This document shows, in pieces, positions 18,701 through 26,595 of a stretch of 39,520 nt of DNA (position 1 is its first letter; every line of letters begins with the position of its first letter). Location of the stretch: NCBI GenBank assembly GCA_045640025.1, contig JAZUEG010000270.1:1-39520 (forward strand). Direction: 5' to 3'. Source of the stretch: Bacteroidales bacterium (GTDB lineage: Bacteria > Bacteroidota > Bacteroidia > Bacteroidales > UBA3824). The notes under the pieces are model-generated. The model was not told the DNA's origin. It worked only from the letters and a program-made list of their open reading frames with translations, and searched no databases. Made by a program: the position numbers and the translations under genes.

Positions 18701-20040
18701 TCGACGAGATAAACTCCACGGGAAGCATTCTCCTGCGCATCCGCTCGCTAATGGAATCATACAAGGTAATGGACCTGAAAAACCGCCCAGCACGCCGTGA
18801 GAGGGAGAAAGTAAGGCCTTTCGAGAGCGAAGACAGGAAGAGGACAATCCTTGCGCCCCACTTCGCCGACGGATACAGCGAGGTATTGGAGGTTTTGTTC
18901 CAGATGAGCGGATACAACTACAAGACCCTGCCAATGCCCGACAAGCGTAGCGTGGAATGGGGACTCAGATACGCCAACAACGAGATATGCTATCCTGCCA
19001 CAATCGTAATCGGCGATATGATAAAGGCGATAAAGGAAGGCCAGTACGACCGCCACAAGATAGCGTTCGCAATCACTCAGACGGGCGGACAGTGCAGGGC
19101 CTCATCGTACCTGGCGCTTATGAAGAAAGCCCTGATATCGGCAGGCTACCCCGACATTCCGATAGTATCTATCGGCACGGCGGGCAAGACGATAAACGAA
19201 CAGCCTGGTTTCGAGATCAACTGGATGAAACTTCTGCCCACGGTATTGCCGTCGGCCATTTTCACTGATACGCTTCTCAGGTTCTACTACATACTCGTTG
19301 TCAGGGAAAAGAACAAGGGAGAAACCCTCAGATTCAAAGAGAAATATATGGCCCTACTTAAAGCAGAAATGCCATACCGTCAGCCCAAGAAGATTTATGA
19401 GCTGATGGCGCAGATGGTGGACGAGGCCAACAAGATAGAGACCATAGAGAAAGACATCCCGAAGATAGGAATCGTGGGCGAGATTTACGTGAAATACAAC
19501 AAGTTCGGCCACAGATTTATCTCCGACAAGTTGGTGGAGGAAGGCGTGGAAGTTGTCTTCCCCCCTATCCTGGAGTTCTTCACACAGGAAATAGTGAACG
19601 TGAAGAAGAACTGGGAGATGAACCTCAGCCACAGGAAGTTCTCTGTTTGGGTATTGCTGGAATTCTTCAAGCACTACATCAACAACGCAATCTCCAAATC
19701 GCAGAAGATACTCGCAAAATCGAAGTATCCATTTGTGTTTGAGAACATTAAGCACATAGCGGAGGACGCCGAGCAGACCCTGAGCCTCAGCAACCAATTC
19801 GGCGAAGGCTGGCTGATAAGCGCCGAGATATCATCATTCGCCAAGCAAGGCATCAAAAACGTGATATCCGTACAGCCATTCGGTTGCATAGCCAACCAAA
19901 TCATCAGCAAGGGAATCGAGAAAAACCTCAGGAAGAAATATCCCGACCTCAATCTCCTTTTCCTGGATTACGACGACGGCGCATCGGACGTAAACATTAC
20001 AAACAGATTGTATTTTATGATTAAGAATTTAGATAAATAG
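15778..20040 (+). CDS. Acyl-CoA dehydratase activase-related fusion (two BadF/BadG/BcrA/BcrD ATPase domains + DUF2229 + dehydratase-like region)
   Basis: Twice LGID.GSTT.K and DIGG(E/Q)D.K; MNGNCAGGTG, SRCGVFAK, CSAGCGSF, CTVF, CKGCENNC, SFGCGPDA, ICYPA, GGQCRA, QPFGC. Promoter TATCTTTG at 15734-15741. Confidence 0.9.
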   Translation: MDYKQETYQLGIDIGSTTAKIVVFNSQGEIVYHQYGKHNTYIYQALTQALENARKSLGNISVSCAITGTAGMGVSERNGIKFIQEVIAATNVVELKFPEVHTLVDIGGEDTKMIFFEKGKSPDIRMNGNCAGGTGAFIEQMAQLLNVRIEDMNALAAESKNHYPIASRCGVFAKTDIQNLLARKVEKADIAASIFHAVGIQTLNTLSRGYEVLPKVMFIGGPLTFMPELRGKMLKAMHLTEQDMIIPPYSEYFPAQGAAYEAEGEPSHSLDELIEQFQKSQNIVIEPKDRLTPLFKDEAEYQTWLKERNIINPQRIELKDYNGRNLYLGIDSGSTTSKVIIMGDNHEIIYSHYVNNGGNTLEKIHAAIKEFFVQNRTVLQQKNLAISASAVTGYGEDLVKAALGIDYGIVETLAHFSAAQFLNPKVDFIMDIGGQDMKAIFIQNGVINRIELNESCSAGCGSFIETFAKTLGLSTPDFAQIACTSNAPCDLGTRCTVFMNSKVKQSLRENASVGDISAGLAYSVIKNALFKVLKLKNFNELGETIVVQGGTFKNPAVYRALELLTDKKLTSTEIPEMMGAFGAAIYAKTKLEQDGKNSGNFVGLDNIDKALEYTNKQILCKGCENNCLVTSFKFNNKQTYYSGNKCQKVFNSKGEKVEKGENLFAVRYKMLFDREQALSDTPRMTIAIPRVLNQYSNYPFWHALFTACNIKVLLTPPTTMGMYETGAGTIMSDNICFPAKIVHGHIMWALEQKPDRIFYPIVTYEKNEFKNTENCFNCPIVSGYSDVIKSSIDPQEKYGIPFDNPVVNFNDEELLFKTCKKYLKSLEVESSVIKKAFKSAVLAQTEYRSQIAVKAMEIIENAKNNNKLLVVLAGRPYHADPLINQKTPDIIADLGANVISEDSLATYLDAMELQVIPQWAYPNRILNAAQWVAQQDQNITFVQLNSFGCGPDAVLVDEVTDILRASGKSNTVIRIDEINSTGSILLRIRSLMESYKVMDLKNRPARREREKVRPFESEDRKRTILAPHFADGYSEVLEVLFQMSGYNYKTLPMPDKRSVEWGLRYANNEICYPATIVIGDMIKAIKEGQYDRHKIAFAITQTGGQCRASSYLALMKKALISAGYPDIPIVSIGTAGKTINEQPGFEINWMKLLPTVLPSAIFTDTLLRFYYILVVREKNKGETLRFKEKYMALLKAEMPYRQPKKIYELMAQMVDEANKIETIEKDIPKIGIVGEIYVKYNKFGHRFISDKLVEEGVEVVFPPILEFFTQEIVNVKKNWEMNLSHRKFSVWVLLEFFKHYINNAISKSQKILAKSKYPFVFENIKHIAEDAEQTLSLSNQFGEGWLISAEISSFAKQGIKNVISVQPFGCIANQIISKGIEKNLRKKYPDLNLLFLDYDDGASDVNITNRLYFMIKNLDK

Positions 20041-20121
20041 AACACGGATGACGCAGATCAGGCGGATAGGCGCGGATTTTTTTATCTGCGAAAATCCGCT
20101 CAATCAGCGTAATCCGCGTTC
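20040..20121. repeat. REP-like palindromic element built from ~9-bp GCGGAT-type units (four forward, four inverted)
   Basis: gaacacggat gacgcagat caggcggat aggcgcggat tttttt atctgcg aaa atccgc tca atcagcg ta atccgcgttc. Confidence 0.8.
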
Positions 20122-20142
20122 AATACAAAACACGATAAAACA

Positions 20143-21375
20143 ATGTTTTTTTACACCTTAGGCATCAGAGCATACAATGCCGTTGCAAAAATGATTTCGC
20201 CTTTCAACGAGAAGGCCAAAGACTACACACAAGGAAGAAAGAATCTTTTCGAGAATCTTGCCAAGGGAGTAAATCCCAACGACAAGAACGTATGGTTTCA
20301 CGTAAGTTCGCTCGGCGAGTTTGAGCAGGCGCGTCCCGTAATGGAGAAAATGCGCACTCTCTACCCCGACCACAAGATAATCCTGACATTCTTCTCGCCC
20401 TCGGGCTACAACGTGCGCCACAACTACCAGGGCGCCGACTACGTTTGCTATATGCCGGCTGACACCCCGGCCAACGCCAAGAAGTTCCTCGACATAGTGA
20501 ACCCGAAGGTGATTTTCTTCGTGAAATACGACTTCTGGTACAATTTCCTGAGCGAAGTGCACCGCCGAGCCATTCCGCTGTATATCTTCTCAACGATTTT
20601 CCGCAAAGAGCAGGTATTCTTCAAGTGGTACGGCAAGAAATACAAGGAGGTGCTGAGTTTCTTCACCCACTTCTTCGTGCAGGACGAGAACAGCGTGAAA
20701 CTCCTTGCCGAGAACGGTATCACCAACGTTACCATAGCCGGCGACACCCGTTTCGACCGCGTTTGCCAGATTACCCAAAACGCAAAGAACATTCCTCTCG
20801 TGGATAAGTTTGTGGGCGACAGCAGGGTAATAGTGGCTGGCTCAAGTTGGCCACCAGACGAGAAACTCATCTTTGAGGCTATCGACCGTCTGAAATCCAA
20901 GCACAACATAAAACTGATAATCGCTCCCCACGAGATCCACGAGGGCCACCTCTCTGCCATAGAGAAAATGCTCTCGGTAAAGAACGTCCGCTTCAGCAAG
21001 GCCGACGAGAGCACCGTATCAGAAAACCAAGTTCTCATCATCGACAATTTCGGAATGTTGTCGTCGCTCTACAAGTACGCCGAGATAGCATACGTGGGCG
21101 GAGGCTTCGGCGTAGGAATCCACAACATCCTTGAAGCCGTAAGTTACTCAATCCCCGTGGCCTTCGGAACCAACTACAAAAAATTCAAGGAAGCCGTAGA
21201 TCTCGTATCCCTCGGCAGTGCCTGCACAGTCCGCGACGCCGAGGAACTCTACTCGGTATTCGACCGCTACTTGTCGGATTCTGCACTTCTCGAACGTGCC
21301 GGCAAGATCTCCCTGGAATACGTCCAGAAGAATTTAGGTGCGGCGGATACGATATTGAAGGAAGCGAAGTGGTAA
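20143..21375 (+). CDS. waaA: 3-deoxy-D-manno-octulosonic acid (Kdo) transferase
   Basis: WFHVSSLGEFEQ, LTFFSPSGY, GDTRFDRV, AGSSW, YVGGGFG.GIHNILEA. Confidence 0.95.
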   Translation: MFFYTLGIRAYNAVAKMISPFNEKAKDYTQGRKNLFENLAKGVNPNDKNVWFHVSSLGEFEQARPVMEKMRTLYPDHKIILTFFSPSGYNVRHNYQGADYVCYMPADTPANAKKFLDIVNPKVIFFVKYDFWYNFLSEVHRRAIPLYIFSTIFRKEQVFFKWYGKKYKEVLSFFTHFFVQDENSVKLLAENGITNVTIAGDTRFDRVCQITQNAKNIPLVDKFVGDSRVIVAGSSWPPDEKLIFEAIDRLKSKHNIKLIIAPHEIHEGHLSAIEKMLSVKNVRFSKADESTVSENQVLIIDNFGMLSSLYKYAEIAYVGGGFGVGIHNILEAVSYSIPVAFGTNYKKFKEAVDLVSLGSACTVRDAEELYSVFDRYLSDSALLERAGKISLEYVQKNLGAADTILKEAKW

Positions 21376-21386
21376 ATTGGGGAAGG

Positions 21387-21427
21387 ATTTTAAGTGGAAA
21401 ATTTTTGCAAAGTTTTCCACTTAAAAT
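21387..21427. promoter_or_regulatory. Perfect 15-bp inverted repeat with 11-bp spacer upstream of the AbiE promoter (candidate operator)
   Basis: ATTTTAAGTGGAAAA-tttttgcaaag-TTTTCCACTTAAAAT; -7 element TAGTTTTG at 21464-21471. Confidence 0.65.
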
Positions 21428-21497
21428 TCGTTAAAATATTACCAAGATACGGAAAAGAATTAGTAGTTTTGCATTGGAAAACTCAAAGCAACCTCCA

Positions 21498-22085
21498 ATG
21501 AACAAAATTATAGAACATATAGAACATCAGGCAAAAGGCAAAATATTATTTGTCTCGGACTTCTTGGATATCATAGACAACGAGAAGGCCATAAGCAGGA
21601 TTCTATCCACAGAAGAAAAGCGAGGCAATCTCACAAGGCTTGCCAACGGAATATATGTGCGCCACGAGAATACAAGATTCGGCAAGGTAATCCCTCCCAT
21701 TGAAAAAATAGTAGAAGCGATAGCCATACGCGACAATGTGAAGATATTGCCCTGTGGAGCCACAGCACTCAACATTTTGGGATTATCAACGCAAGTGCCT
21801 ACCAAATACTGTTTCATAACATCGGGAAGCGGACGATCAATCACTATAAACGGCGACAAGGTGGAGTTTTTGAGAAGCGTTCCTAAGAATTTCGCCTATA
21901 AGACCAAGATAGTCGCGCTGTTGGTTCAGGCTCTCAAAACCATTGGAGAAGAAAGCATCAGCCCCGACGATATCAACATCATAAACTCATTGATAAAGCA
22001 AGAACCCTGTAAGGAGGATATGAGGCAAGACATTCTCCATACACCAATATGGATGAGAAAAATCCTAACACCTTTGGCAATATGA
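21498..22085 (+). CDS. DUF6088/AbiEi-like antitoxin (type IV TA system)
   Basis: LTRLANGIY, ALNILGLSTQVP, TSG..R.I, LVQALK; ATGA overlap with the downstream toxin gene. Confidence 0.85.
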   Translation: MNKIIEHIEHQAKGKILFVSDFLDIIDNEKAISRILSTEEKRGNLTRLANGIYVRHENTRFGKVIPPIEKIVEAIAIRDNVKILPCGATALNILGLSTQVPTKYCFITSGSGRSITINGDKVEFLRSVPKNFAYKTKIVALLVQALKTIGEESISPDDINIINSLIKQEPCKEDMRQDILHTPIWMRKILTPLAI

Positions 22086-23101
22086 GAAAGTGGACCGACA
22101 ACAGCAAACTGGAGCGAATGGCAATGCTCCAACAAACAAGGGAAAAGTTTGGAATAAACATAAACGCAATCGAGAAAGACTGGTGGGTATCAGTAATCCT
22201 AAAAGCGCTTTTCTCTTGCGAATGTAGAGAGCATTTAAGTTTCAAGGGAGGTACTAGCCTGAGCAAAGGCTAGAATCTGATAGAGCGTTTCAGTGAGGAC
22301 ATTGACCTATCCATAAGCCACGAGTATTTCGGAGTTTCACAAACATCAAAAAATCAGAAAGAAAAACTCCGCAAAACCGCAAGGAAATATATCTTGGAAA
22401 CATTGGTCAAGGAACTTTACCTGAAACTGAGAGAAATGGGTATAGACGGATACTCCATTAAGCCAATCACAACTGTACAGAAAGCGTCAGGCGAAATCAC
22501 AAAAATAGACAGCGACAAGGATCCGTCAGTAATAATGGTGGAATACAACAGCATTGTTTCTGACAGCATTATGTACATCCCTACAACCGTAAAGATCGAG
22601 ATCAGTTGTCTGTCAATGAACGAGCCCACAGAGAACAGGCTATTATCGTCCCTTATGGAACAAAAATTTCCAGGAGAGGACGACTTGACAAAGACATCTA
22701 TCAGGACAGTTGTTCCCACCAGGACATTCCTTGAAAAAGCATTTCTACTTTGCGAGGAGTTTCAGAAAAACAATCCAAGACACGTAAGAATGTCAAGACA
22801 CTTGTATGACTTGGAAAAAATTATGGATACAGAATTTGGCACAAAGGCATTGCAGGACCCAGCATTATACAATGAGATAATAAAACACAGAGAGACCTAT
22901 TACTCATTGAATTATGTTGACTACTGCAAACTGAAACCAGAATCAATATCCTTCGTACCACCGCAAAATGTAATATCAAATTGGGAAACCGACTACCAAG
23001 AAATGCAACGCCATTTCATATATGGCCGAAGTCTTGGATTCAAGGAACTGATAAATCGAATAGAAGAATTGCAGGAAAGGTTTAGGGAAATTCCAAAATA
23101 A
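22082..23101 (+). pseudogene. AbiEii/AbiGii nucleotidyltransferase toxin interrupted by an in-frame TAG (22271-22273)
   Basis: One continuous frame: IEKDWWV...FKGGTSLSKG*NLIERFSEDID...RTFLEKAFLL.EEF...RMSRHLYD. The two ORFs 22049-22273 and 22394-23101 are in the same frame. Confidence 0.88.
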
Positions 23102-23122
23102 AATCGATAGATTCGCAATTCC

Positions 23123-23197
23123 GTCCCCGGAGGGGACAAGCAAAGCCTCCGTTAACCCATAGTGCGACGACGCCTTGGCGTCGGGAGTACTATGGGG
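23123..23197. repeat. GC-rich multi-hairpin REP-like element
   Basis: GTCCCC-gga-GGGGAC (23123-23137), then CCCATAGTGC...GTACTATGGG (23156-23196) enclosing CGACGCC-tt-GGCGTCG. Confidence 0.7.
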
Positions 23198-23202
23198 ATT
23201 CA

Positions 23203-23670
23203 CGAAACAGGCGGAAATCTATCTAAAAAACATACATTTCCGCCCATTTCAAGCAAAAACCAAGTCGAAACGGGCGGAAATGTGGTAAAATTTGACACAT
23301 TTCCGCCCATTTCGTGAAAATGAATAAAGTTTCCAATAAAAGATTGCGCCAAAATATAACGCTATAAGTTGGCGCAATCTCATAAAAAAGTCGAGATTGC
23401 GCCAAGTAATAATCCACTATTTCCCCACGAAACGCAAAAATCCTGTTTCGTGGGGAAATAAGGACTCCTTAAAAACCCCACGAAAAGGAAAAAACACGAG
23501 ATTGCGACAGAAAATGACATCAAAATCTGTCGTAATGTGATATAAAAAGTCGAGATTGCGCCAAATAATAATCCACAAAAGCCCCACAAAACTCAAAAAT
23601 TAAGTTTCGTGGGGAAATAAGGATATACTATTTCCCCACGAAATAAGAAAAATATGTTTCGTGGGGAATT
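23203..23670. repeat. Array of about 17 mostly alternating inverted half-sites from three sequence families
   Basis: Family A CGAAAYRGGCGGAAAT (23203, 23236 rev, 23266, 23299 rev); family B GAGATTGCGCCAA (23341, 23369 rev, 23393, 23498 variant, 23527 rev variant, 23552); family C TATTTCCCCACGAAA (23418, 23446 rev, 23476 partial, 23582 partial, 23605 rev, 23629, 23657 rev). Confidence 0.9.
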
Positions 23671-23746
23671 AATAATGCAAATAATTTGGAATTGTGAATC
23701 AAAAGTATTTTATTTGCAGTGATTTAAAAATAAAAGAACTCCAGTT

Positions 23747-25186
23747 ATGGCAAAAATCATTGGCAGAAAAAAAGAAATAGAAGAACTCCAAAGAATAAGC
23801 AACAGAGAAGAGGCTCAGTTTGTAGCAGTTTTTGGACGCAGACGAATTGGAAAGACTTTTTTGATAAGAGAGGTCTTCAAGGATAAATTTGCCTTCTATC
23901 ATACTGGAATATCCCCATTGGAACTGGAAGGTAAAAATCTGATAGAAAAGCAATTGTCAGCATTCAATTCAACACTTGCAAGATATGGACAAGAAGCCTT
24001 GGAATCTCCCAAAGACTGGTTTGAGGCTTTTGATCGCCTTATAGATCTACTCTCAGCAAAGAAAACAGAGGAAAAACTAATTGTCTTCATCGACGAAATG
24101 CCTTGGCTCGATACGCCGAGAAGTTGTTTCATATCAGCATTCGAACATTTCTGGAACGGCTGGGGAGCAAGTCAGGACAACTTAATGCTTATCGTATGCG
24201 GAAGCGCCTCATCGTGGATACAGAACAATCTTATAAACTCTCACGGAGGACTCTACAACAGAGTTACTTGCGAGATACAACTTCAGCCATTCACATTGTA
24301 TGAGGCGGAACAACTCTTGAAAAACAATGGAATCAACTACAGCCAATACAGCATTGCCGAGGCATATATGGCTGTGGGTGGAGTTCCATTCTACCTAAAC
24401 TACCTGAACCCGTCGATGAGTGTGGCTCAAAATATCGACTCGCTGTTTTTTGCCCCAAAAGCAAAACTCAAGGAAGAATTCAACCGCTTGTTCCAAAGTA
24501 TTTTCAGCAAGCCTGAGCAATACGAGAAAATCATAAGATTGCTTGCGGAAAACCACTCAGGATATACACGCCAATACATATCAGAGAAAATCGGTGTGGA
24601 AGGCAAAAGCCTCACGCAATATCTCAGAGCATTGGAAATGAGCGACTTTATACAAAAATACATACCATTCGGAAATTCCAAGAGAGAGGTTCTTTACAGA
24701 CTATCAGATCCATTCTGCATTTTTTACCTAAAATTTGTGGACGGACAAAACAATGGAACTAACTTTTGGCAGATAAACCAAAACAAATCACCCCTCAACA
24801 GTTGGCGAGGAATCGCTTTCGAGGAACTCTGTATGCTCCATATCCCACAGATAAAACAAGCATTGGGAGTTTCGGGTGTGGTCTCCAACAATACTCCGTG
24901 GACTCTCCGTGGCGACAAGGAAAACACAGGCGCTCAGATAGACCTTATCATTGACCGTCAGGACCGAATAGTAAGTATCTGCGAGATGAAATTTGTGATA
25001 TCAGAATTCTCTATCACAAAGGAATACGAGGCAAAACTAAGACGCAGACTTCAACTCGTAACCGACAGAATCAACAACAGAATACAAAACGCCCAACTTG
25101 TAATCATCACCACATTCGGCCTCGAAAACGGAATGTACAATTCCTTAATCTCTAATGTGGTTACATTGGAAGATTTGTTCAAATAA
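23747..25186 (+). CDS. ATP-binding protein (ATPase_2 family, probable wHTH, C-terminal PD-(D/E)xK-like domain)
   Basis: IIGRKKE, Walker A GRRRIGKT, FIDEMPW, CGSASSW, GGLYNR, GGVPFYL, C-terminal AQIDLIIDR...CEMKF. Confidence 0.9.
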   Translation: MAKIIGRKKEIEELQRISNREEAQFVAVFGRRRIGKTFLIREVFKDKFAFYHTGISPLELEGKNLIEKQLSAFNSTLARYGQEALESPKDWFEAFDRLIDLLSAKKTEEKLIVFIDEMPWLDTPRSCFISAFEHFWNGWGASQDNLMLIVCGSASSWIQNNLINSHGGLYNRVTCEIQLQPFTLYEAEQLLKNNGINYSQYSIAEAYMAVGGVPFYLNYLNPSMSVAQNIDSLFFAPKAKLKEEFNRLFQSIFSKPEQYEKIIRLLAENHSGYTRQYISEKIGVEGKSLTQYLRALEMSDFIQKYIPFGNSKREVLYRLSDPFCIFYLKFVDGQNNGTNFWQINQNKSPLNSWRGIAFEELCMLHIPQIKQALGVSGVVSNNTPWTLRGDKENTGAQIDLIIDRQDRIVSICEMKFVISEFSITKEYEAKLRRRLQLVTDRINNRIQNAQLVIITTFGLENGMYNSLISNVVTLEDLFK

Positions 25187-25246
25187 GAAAGCCACTAAAT
25201 CACTAACAATTAACAAATTAACCAAATTTATCCCCATTCAAAACTT

Positions 25247-25279
25247 CGCCAAATTGAGCAAAAATTCGTCAATTTGGCG
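25247..25279. repeat. 11-bp inverted repeat with 11-bp spacer
   Basis: CGCCAAATTGA-gcaaaaattcg-TCAATTTGGCG. Confidence 0.8.
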
Positions 25280-25515
25280 GACTTTTGCATCAAATTTTTC
25301 CTCCACAAACCCTTGCTTATCCCGAAAGAATAATGCAATTTTGCAGACGCTAATTAATCACGAATATTCAGTTTTCTACCAAGGGAAAGTTTATTGTAAA
25401 CAACTTAACAAACTTTAATATAATAATAAAAGAATTAGGGCAAAACGGAAAAATCAACTTCGGATTTTAACAAAAAAATCCCTATCTTTGCAATCCAAAA
25501 AATAAAAACCGCAAA

Positions 25516-26592
25516 ATGATAAACATAAACACACAAGACCTTATAAAAGTGCTGGATATGACTCCAGCGTCCCAGAATATAATGCTGGTGGGAAAGCACG
25601 GAATCGGAAAATCCGAGATTCTCACCGACTATTTTTCCAAGAAGGGAATGAAGGTAATCGCCCTTTTTCTCGGTCAGATGAGTGACCCTGGCGACCTAAT
25701 CGGTCTTCCAAACAAGGACGAGGAAACGGGCAAGACCACCTTTATGCCTCCCTATTGGTTCCCGATGGACGGCGAGCCTATCGTGCTGTTCCTCGATGAA
25801 TTGAACCGAGCAAGGCCTGAGGTTTTGCAGACCATCATGGACCTCGCGCTCAACAGGAAACTCGCTGGACGATCTCTCCCAGAGGGAAGCCGTATAATAT
25901 CCGCAGTTAACGACGGTCAGGAATACCAGCTCACCGACCTCGACCCTGCGTTGGTTTCCAGATTCAATATCTACGGATTCCGACCAACGAGCGAGGAATG
26001 GCTCTTGTGGGCCGCGCAGAATAAGGTTGACAACCGCGTGATAAACTTCATTCAGGAGAATCCAGAATACCTCGATGGCAGGGTTGAGAAAAATCCCGCA
26101 CAGATCGACAACGGACTTGAGAAGTCTCCCGACCGCCGCGGTTGGAAAAAAGTCTCAGACATTATGCAGAATATCGGAAATATTGAGGAGTTCCATAAGA
26201 AGCTGATATCAGGCGTAGTAGGCGTTCAGGCTTCAAGCAAATTCTGCAACTTCGTGAGCGAGAACAGCATTGTATCCGCCAAGGACGTTTTGCTGAAATT
26301 CAGCAAGGTGGCCCCTACATTGGAGCATTACCACGTTCACCAGTTCGCGCAGGTAAACGAGTCGATTTTCCGCCATTTGGAGACCGCCAAAATCTCGGAG
26401 AAAGACAAGCCCGTAATCGGCAAAAACCTGCCCGAATACATAGACCTGATGCTCGATACCAACAACAAGGAATCGGTTGCGCACTTTGCGACACTCTGGC
26501 AAAACGGCAACTATCCCAAGGCTATCACATTTGTAATGATGAATTGCCCAGCCATTTACGAGAAGATAATCGACTACATACAAAATATTTAG
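25516..26592 (+). CDS. MoxR-like/AAA_5 ATPase
   Basis: Walker A GKHGIGKS, DPGDLIGLP, LFLDELNRA, LDPALVSRF, SPDRRGW; promoter TATCTTTG at 25483-25490. Confidence 0.9.
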   Translation: MININTQDLIKVLDMTPASQNIMLVGKHGIGKSEILTDYFSKKGMKVIALFLGQMSDPGDLIGLPNKDEETGKTTFMPPYWFPMDGEPIVLFLDELNRARPEVLQTIMDLALNRKLAGRSLPEGSRIISAVNDGQEYQLTDLDPALVSRFNIYGFRPTSEEWLLWAAQNKVDNRVINFIQENPEYLDGRVEKNPAQIDNGLEKSPDRRGWKKVSDIMQNIGNIEEFHKKLISGVVGVQASSKFCNFVSENSIVSAKDVLLKFSKVAPTLEHYHVHQFAQVNESIFRHLETAKISEKDKPVIGKNLPEYIDLMLDTNNKESVAHFATLWQNGNYPKAITFVMMNCPAIYEKIIDYIQNI

Positions 26593-26595
26593 CAG

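Noticed and set aside
23203-23670. Possible CRISPR array
   Set aside because: Repeats alternate in orientation and belong to three families, spacers are about 9-17 bp and A-rich, and no cas genes are present.
25155-25418. 87-aa ORF after the ATPase, and small ORFs across 23223-23589
   Set aside because: They run through repeats and promoter-like AT-rich DNA and lack protein-like features.
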